Positions 58,776-64,000 of a DNA stretch of 64,000 nucleotides are shown piece by piece. Where the stretch lies: NCBI GenBank assembly GCA_965237415.1, contig CBDEFM010000002.1, positions 2,816,001-2,880,000 on the forward strand, given 5' to 3'. A model generated the notes under the pieces. The model ran no database searches. It saw only the letters and a program-made list of their open reading frames with translations, and was not told the origin of the DNA. Origin of the DNA: Alphaproteobacteria bacterium (GTDB lineage Bacteria > Pseudomonadota > Alphaproteobacteria > UBA828). Made by a program: the position numbers and the translations under genes. Numbering within the stretch: position 1 is the first letter of the stretch; each line of letters opens with the position of its first letter.

Positions 58776-60143
58776 ATGGATGCATGGCTGAAGGCGGCGA
58801 CGGACTACATCCCGAACTGGCTCGACTACCAGATGCGGCAGACCGGGCAGCCGGGCTGCGTTATCGCGATCGCGCACAAGGGACGCATCGTTCTCGAAAA
58901 GGCGTTCGGAGTCGCCGATGTCTCCACGGGTCGGGCGCTGACGCCGAGGCATCGCCTCCGCGCCGCCTCCCACTCGAAGAGCTTCACCGCGGCAGGGGTG
59001 ATGAAGCTGCGGGAAGCCGGTGTGCTTCGCCTGGACGACCCGGCGGGCCGCTATGTCGACGGGCTGCATCCCACCGTGGCGGCGACGACCCTCACGCAGC
59101 TGCTGTCGCACAGCGCCGGCATGATTCGCGACGGAGCGGCGGCCGGGCAATTTCTGGACCGCCGGCCGTTCGTGAACGAGAGGGAGTTGCGCGCGACTCT
59201 TGCCGAGCCCCTGACGATCGAACCCAGCACCCGATTCAAATACTCGAACCACGCGTTCGGGCTCGTCGGGCTCGTCATGGAGGCCGTGACCGGGGAACCC
59301 TACCGCGAGTGGATCGCGCGCGAGATCGTTGCGCCGAGCGGGCTGCGCGAGACCTCGCCCGACGCACCGGCGCCAGGGCGCGCACCGACGGCGCGGGGGC
59401 ACACGCGCAAGCTGCCGCTCGGGCGCAGGCTTGTCGTGCCTGGCGACAACCCGACCTATGCCATCGCACCCGCGGGCGGCTTCATCTCGACCGCGGGCGA
59501 TCTCGCGCTCTTCTTTGCGAGCCTCGATCCGGCGGCGAAGCGAAGCGTGCTCTCGCCCGCAAGCCGTCGTGAAATGATCCGCAGGCAGTGGCGCGACGAG
59601 CACGGCAGCATGAGCGGCCATTACGGGCTCGGCATCATGCGGGGCCAAGTCGGCGAGTGGGAGTGGTTCGGTCACGCCGGGGGATTTCAGAGTTGTCTCA
59701 GCCGGACGATCGTGCTGCCGGGCCGCGATATCTCGGTGTCGATTCTGACCAATGCGTTGGACGGGCCCGCCTGGGCTTGGTCGGACGCGGCGATCCACAT
59801 TCTGCAAACGTTCGAGAAACGCGGTGCTCCAAGCGCTCGGACTCGCGATTGGGCGGGTCGTTGGTGGAGCATGTGGCGCACGATCGACCTTGTCCCGATG
59901 CGCGATCATGTCCTCGTCGACGATCCGGGCCTCACGGTTCCGTTTACAGATTCGAGCGAGATCGCCGTAACGGAAGGCGATACGGGCACGATCCGTCTCG
60001 CGCCCGGGATAGCCAATTTCGGTGAGGAAGCGCGCCTGGTGCGTGGCAAGGACGGCCGTATCCGGGAGGTCTGGGTCGGCGGGACGAAGTACCTGCCGGA
60101 GCGACGCCTCGCGTCAGAGCTCAAACGCCGATACGGCGGCTAG
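58776..60143 (+). CDS. beta-lactamase-family serine hydrolase
   Basis: ASHSKS (SxxK), LLSHSAG, YSN, GHAGG; no signal peptide. Confidence 0.88.
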   Translation: MDAWLKAATDYIPNWLDYQMRQTGQPGCVIAIAHKGRIVLEKAFGVADVSTGRALTPRHRLRAASHSKSFTAAGVMKLREAGVLRLDDPAGRYVDGLHPTVAATTLTQLLSHSAGMIRDGAAAGQFLDRRPFVNERELRATLAEPLTIEPSTRFKYSNHAFGLVGLVMEAVTGEPYREWIAREIVAPSGLRETSPDAPAPGRAPTARGHTRKLPLGRRLVVPGDNPTYAIAPAGGFISTAGDLALFFASLDPAAKRSVLSPASRREMIRRQWRDEHGSMSGHYGLGIMRGQVGEWEWFGHAGGFQSCLSRTIVLPGRDISVSILTNALDGPAWAWSDAAIHILQTFEKRGAPSARTRDWAGRWWSMWRTIDLVPMRDHVLVDDPGLTVPFTDSSEIAVTEGDTGTIRLAPGIANFGEEARLVRGKDGRIREVWVGGTKYLPERRLASELKRRYGG

Positions 60144-60263
60144 CCCTCCTTGAGGGGAACGCGTTCAAGTGGCTGACGTTGACCCCCGTCGAACGACTGC
60201 CTAAGGTCGCGGCCCCCGCACGCGGGAGGCGAGGGAACGAGGCTAAGCGGGGGGCATCGAGCC

Positions 60264-60782
60264 ATGGCCGTGGAGCGTAAAGAGGTGGCCGAGCAGCGCT
60301 ATCGCGAGTCCTACGGGCGCTATTTCGAGGACTTCGTGGTGGGCGATGTCTACGAGCACCGGCCGGGCCGGACGCTCACCGAGTACGACAACATTTCCTT
60401 CACGCTCCTTACCATGAACACCCACCCGCTCCATTTCGACAGCCACTACGCATCGCACAGCGAGTTCGGCAAGCCGCTGGTCAACAGCGCGCTGACCCTG
60501 GCTATCGTCGCCGGCATGTCGGTGAGCGATATCAGCCAGAAGGCGATCGCCAACCTCGGCTGGAACGACATCAAGCTGACCGCGCCAGTCTTCGCCGGCG
60601 ATACCATCTATGCCGAATCCGAGGTGCTCGCGACAAGGGAATCGCGCTCCCGCTCCACCCAGGGCATTGTTACGGTCAAGACCACCGGCAAGAAGTCCGA
60701 CGGCACGGTTTTCATGACCTACGAGCGCACGGTGCTGGTGCCGAAGCGCGGCCACGCCGTGGACGACCGCGCCGACTACTGA
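60264..60782 (+). CDS. MaoC-family (hot-dog) dehydratase
   Basis: GRYFEDF, MNTHPLHFD, PVFAGDTIYAES. Confidence 0.9.
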   Translation: MAVERKEVAEQRYRESYGRYFEDFVVGDVYEHRPGRTLTEYDNISFTLLTMNTHPLHFDSHYASHSEFGKPLVNSALTLAIVAGMSVSDISQKAIANLGWNDIKLTAPVFAGDTIYAESEVLATRESRSRSTQGIVTVKTTGKKSDGTVFMTYERTVLVPKRGHAVDDRADY

Positions 60783-60882
60783 GCCTGACCGGCCGCCGCG
60801 TCCGTGAGCGGCGGAGTGGGGCGGCGAATGCCACTCGGCAGGCAGACCGGGCTGCGGTATAATCGCGCGAGCGGAGGTACGC

Positions 60883-62334
60883 ATGCGCACAAGAATCATC
60901 CACCTGATCAATCCCCAGACCGACCAGTTCACCACGCGGCCCATGTATTTCGGCCGGGCGCTCTATTCGCCGCTGGCGGGTCTGCTGGCGGTCGCGGCGG
61001 TGATTCCGCAGGACAAGTACGAAGTCGTGATGACCGATGAGAACATCGAGGACATCGACTTCGACCTGAAGGTCGACATGGTCGGCATCTCGGCGATGAC
61101 GAGCTACGTGAAGCGCGGCTACGAGATTGCCGATGCCTTCCGCGCCCGCGGCGTGCCCGTGATCATGGGCGGCGTGCACGCGAGCTTCATGCCAGAGGAG
61201 GCGCTGGAGCGTTGCGACGCCGTGGTGATCGGAGAGGCCGAGCTGGTCATGCCCAAGGTCCTGGACGACCTGGATCGCGGCGAGCTCAAGGGCGTCTACC
61301 GCGCCGACACGCTTCACCCGATGGTCGGTGTGCCCATGCCGCGCTACGACCTGGTGAAGAAGAACCGCTACGTCAACCGCACCTTCGTCCAGACATCGCG
61401 CGGCTGCCATCAGGGCTGCACCTTCTGTGCCGAGCCGCTGATGAACGGGCTCAAGTTCCGCTACCGGCCGGTCGACGAGGTGATCCGAGAGATTGAAAAT
61501 TGCGGGCAGCGCACGATCTCGCTCAACGACGCCGACTTCTTCGGCACCGAGGAGCGACCCAAGGAGGTGATGCGGGCGCTCAGGGGGCGCGGCATCCGCT
61601 GGCAGGCCGCCGCCACCAGCAAGCTCGCTCAGAAAGACGAGATGCTGGAGCTCGCGGCCGAGAGCGGCTGCTATATGTTGAGCATCGGCTTCGAATCGAT
61701 CTCGCGCGACACGCTCAAGAGCGTCCACAAGTACGTCAACCGGCCGGAGCAGTTCGCCGCGCTGGTGGAGAAGATCCACAGCTACGGGATCATGGTCTTC
61801 GGGCTCTTCATGTTCGGCTTCGAGGGCGACAACGAGGCCGTCTTCGACGAGACGACCAAATTCAACATCGACGCCAATTACGACGCGTGCGCCTACTCGG
61901 TGCTGACCCCCTATCCCGGCACGCTCACGTGGTACCAGATGAAGAAGGCCGGGCAGATCGTCTCCTACGACTGGGATCTCTACGACCAGGGGCACATCGT
62001 CTACCGGCCGGAGAAGCTCACCACCGCGCAGCTCCGCGAGGGCCACATGCGGGCCTACGCGAAATTCTACTCGCTCCCCTCGATCGCCAAGCGCTTCCCG
62101 CTCAGGGGCTCGCGCAACCGGCTCCATTGGACCATCTACAACGGGTTCTTCCGCCGTGGCGAGGTTACGGGAAGGGGGCTCGAGAAGCCCATTGCGGATG
62201 CGACCCCGGAGCCCAGCACCATCCCGGTGCCACCGATCATGCCGCAGAAGCGCGAATGGCGGGAGATGGTGGCCGAGGGCATCGGCCCGATGCCGGTCCC
62301 CCAGACCGAGCGCGAGCTCCGCAGCCGGGCGTGA
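60883..62334 (+). CDS. cobalamin-binding radical SAM protein
   Basis: N-terminal B12-type domain (VGISAMT, GGVHAS, GEAE), SRGCHQGCTFC (CxxxCxxC), IGFES, TPYPGT. Confidence 0.9.
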   Translation: MRTRIIHLINPQTDQFTTRPMYFGRALYSPLAGLLAVAAVIPQDKYEVVMTDENIEDIDFDLKVDMVGISAMTSYVKRGYEIADAFRARGVPVIMGGVHASFMPEEALERCDAVVIGEAELVMPKVLDDLDRGELKGVYRADTLHPMVGVPMPRYDLVKKNRYVNRTFVQTSRGCHQGCTFCAEPLMNGLKFRYRPVDEVIREIENCGQRTISLNDADFFGTEERPKEVMRALRGRGIRWQAAATSKLAQKDEMLELAAESGCYMLSIGFESISRDTLKSVHKYVNRPEQFAALVEKIHSYGIMVFGLFMFGFEGDNEAVFDETTKFNIDANYDACAYSVLTPYPGTLTWYQMKKAGQIVSYDWDLYDQGHIVYRPEKLTTAQLREGHMRAYAKFYSLPSIAKRFPLRGSRNRLHWTIYNGFFRRGEVTGRGLEKPIADATPEPSTIPVPPIMPQKREWREMVAEGIGPMPVPQTERELRSRA

Positions 62335-62335
62335 C

Positions 62336-62375
62336 GGGCCGCCCCGGCCCGCGAGGCGGCCCGAAGGGTTTTTTT
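62336..62375 (+). terminator. probable intrinsic terminator
   Basis: GGGCCGCC...GGCGGCCC stem, then a T7 run 6 nt later. Confidence 0.45.
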
Positions 62376-62501
62376 GCAAAACGAACCCAATTTGTCATAA
62401 CTCCCTGATATAGTTCCTCTATTTCTCGATTCCCGCGGCCGCAGATGGCGGATCGGCAGGCCGCGCCGCCATGCCGGATGCCGGGAAGAGGAGCGCCAAC
62501 C

Positions 62502-63638
62502 ATGTCCCCCATCCCGTCCGCCCTGGAGATCACGCGGGACATCGTCCGCATGGACACGCGCAATCCGCCGGGCCGCGAAGTGGAATGTGCCCACTATCTC
62601 GGCGATCTGCTGGGCGCGGCGGGACTCGACGTCTCCTACCACGAGTTCGCGGCGGAGCGGACGAGCCTCGTCGCGGTGCTACGCGGCGAGGGCGGGGAGG
62701 GCAAGAAGCCGCTCTGTTTCGGCGGGCATATCGACGTGGTGCCGCTTGGCACCAAGGACTGGTCGGTCGATCCCTTCGGCGCCGAGATCGTAGACGGCAA
62801 GCTCTATGGCCGCGGCACCACGGACATGAAGACGGGCGTCGCCTCCTTCGTCCACGTCGCACTGAAGCTCGCAGCTGAGGGGCAGCGCGGCGCGGCGGAC
62901 CTGGTGCTGGCGATCTGCGCGGGCGAGGAGACCGGCTGCGAAGGCTCCTACCATCTGGGCAAGGTCGGCGCGCTCGGCGAGGCCGGCGCCATCGTCATCG
63001 GCGAGCCCACGGCGAACTATCCGATCCTCGGCCACAAGGGCGCGCTCTGGCTCAGGGTGGAGACCGAGGGTGTCACCGCTCACGGCTCGATGCCGGAGCT
63101 CGGCGACAACGCGCTCTACAAGGCGGCGCGCTCGGTGACCAGGCTCGAAGACTTCGACTTCAACGTCATGCCCCACGAGCTGCTCGGAAAGTCGACCCTC
63201 AATGTCGGCACCATGCAGGGAGGGCTCAATCTGAACTCCGTGCCGGACCACGCCGAGTTCACCATCGACATCAGGACGCTACCCGAGCAGGACCATGGGC
63301 AAATTCTCACGGGCCTGGAGGGATTTCTCGGCGATGAGAACAAGGTCGGGCGCATCGTCGATGTCGGCGGCGTGCACACCCCGCACACCCACCCGTGGAT
63401 GCGGGAGATCTACGCGGTGATGGAGCCGATCCTGGGCGAGAGAATCGAGCCGCGCGGGGCGCCCTATTTCACCGACGCCTCCGCGCTGACGCCGGCCTAC
63501 GGGCGCCCGCCGACCGTGATCCTTGGGCCGGGCGAGATGCACATGGCCCACCAGACCGACGAGTACTGCCCTGTGGCGCACATCGAGCAGGCAGTCGAGG
63601 CCTACGAGATTCTCGCCCGCCGCTGGTGCGGCTGCTGA
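62502..63638 (+). CDS. M20 family metallopeptidase (ArgE/DapE-like)
   Basis: GHIDVVP, GRGTTDMK, GEETG, GEPT, AHGSMP, AHQTDE. Confidence 0.9.
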   Translation: MSPIPSALEITRDIVRMDTRNPPGREVECAHYLGDLLGAAGLDVSYHEFAAERTSLVAVLRGEGGEGKKPLCFGGHIDVVPLGTKDWSVDPFGAEIVDGKLYGRGTTDMKTGVASFVHVALKLAAEGQRGAADLVLAICAGEETGCEGSYHLGKVGALGEAGAIVIGEPTANYPILGHKGALWLRVETEGVTAHGSMPELGDNALYKAARSVTRLEDFDFNVMPHELLGKSTLNVGTMQGGLNLNSVPDHAEFTIDIRTLPEQDHGQILTGLEGFLGDENKVGRIVDVGGVHTPHTHPWMREIYAVMEPILGERIEPRGAPYFTDASALTPAYGRPPTVILGPGEMHMAHQTDEYCPVAHIEQAVEAYEILARRWCGC

Positions 63639-63843
63639 GAGGGGACGGCCGTTCTCCTGACCGCCGCATAAGCACCGCCCTTCGGCGCCGCCGCAAGGCC
63701 GGCGGCAACGTTCGAATTGCCATGCCTTGGCTGTGATGGCTATGATCCAGGCAAGGAGGGGTCCGTCGTGCCGGCGGGTCCCAGGCAAAGCATTGCGCCG
63801 CAACGACAAAAGGCGAGGCGCAGTGCAGACAGGGAGCTTTCCA

Positions 63844-64000
63844 ATGCGGAAGTTGTCAATGTCACTGGCGGCGGTACTCATGGTTGCCGGCGCTCTGGTG
63901 CTCGCACGCGGCGCCGATGCGGCCTGCGGCAAGGTGACAATCGCCGAGATGACCTGGGCTTCGGCCGGGGTGGCGGCCCATGTCGAGGATATCATCCTCA
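63844..64000 (+). CDS. glycine betaine/proline-type ABC substrate-binding protein (partial)
   Basis: GGGAG RBS; MRKLSMSLAAVLMVAGALVLARGADAACGKVTIAEMTWASA...; runs off the right edge. Confidence 0.75.
   Translation, partial: MRKLSMSLAAVLMVAGALVLARGADAACGKVTIAEMTWASAGVAAHVEDIIL

Noticed and set aside
58776-60143. Serine hydrolase as a beta-lactam resistance gene
   Set aside because: It has no signal peptide, a long C-terminal extension and a catabolic context, so an esterase, amidase or peptidase is more likely.

Overview
GC-rich (about 70% by eye) alphaproteobacterial chromosome segment; a Rhodospirillales-like origin is inferred from gene content and order. The left half is mostly core genes: partial DUF2066, purN, a phasin, tRNA-Thr(GGT), a consolidated hpf-ptsN-hprK-rapZ-manX-ptsH-ptsI cluster, ahcY-tsaE-amgK-murU-addB-addA, prfB with its programmed +1 frameshift, PBP1A and amiC. 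The middle and right are accessory metabolism: a PIN toxin with an atypical antitoxin, organic-acid genes (TRAP, D-2-hydroxyacid dehydrogenase, ttuD, pyk), a YncE-type beta-propeller/S41 peptidase/PCuAC trio and a sugar ABC transporter. A ~15 kb amide/N-heterocycle catabolic cluster follows (cyclase, dienelactone hydrolase, cysteine hydrolase, HpaB-like monooxygenase, hydantoinase/oxoprolinase A+B, amino-acid ABC transporter, PuuE-like hydrolase, serine hydrolase). That cluster carries a 125-bp MITE, an IS1634 element and a frameshift. The main signals outside the ORF track are a modular ~210-220 bp dispersed repeat in two copies with helically phased ATCCC units, the MITE inside a signal-peptide sequence, and a long PhaR-type palindrome. 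All calls come from reading motifs by eye; no database searches were run.
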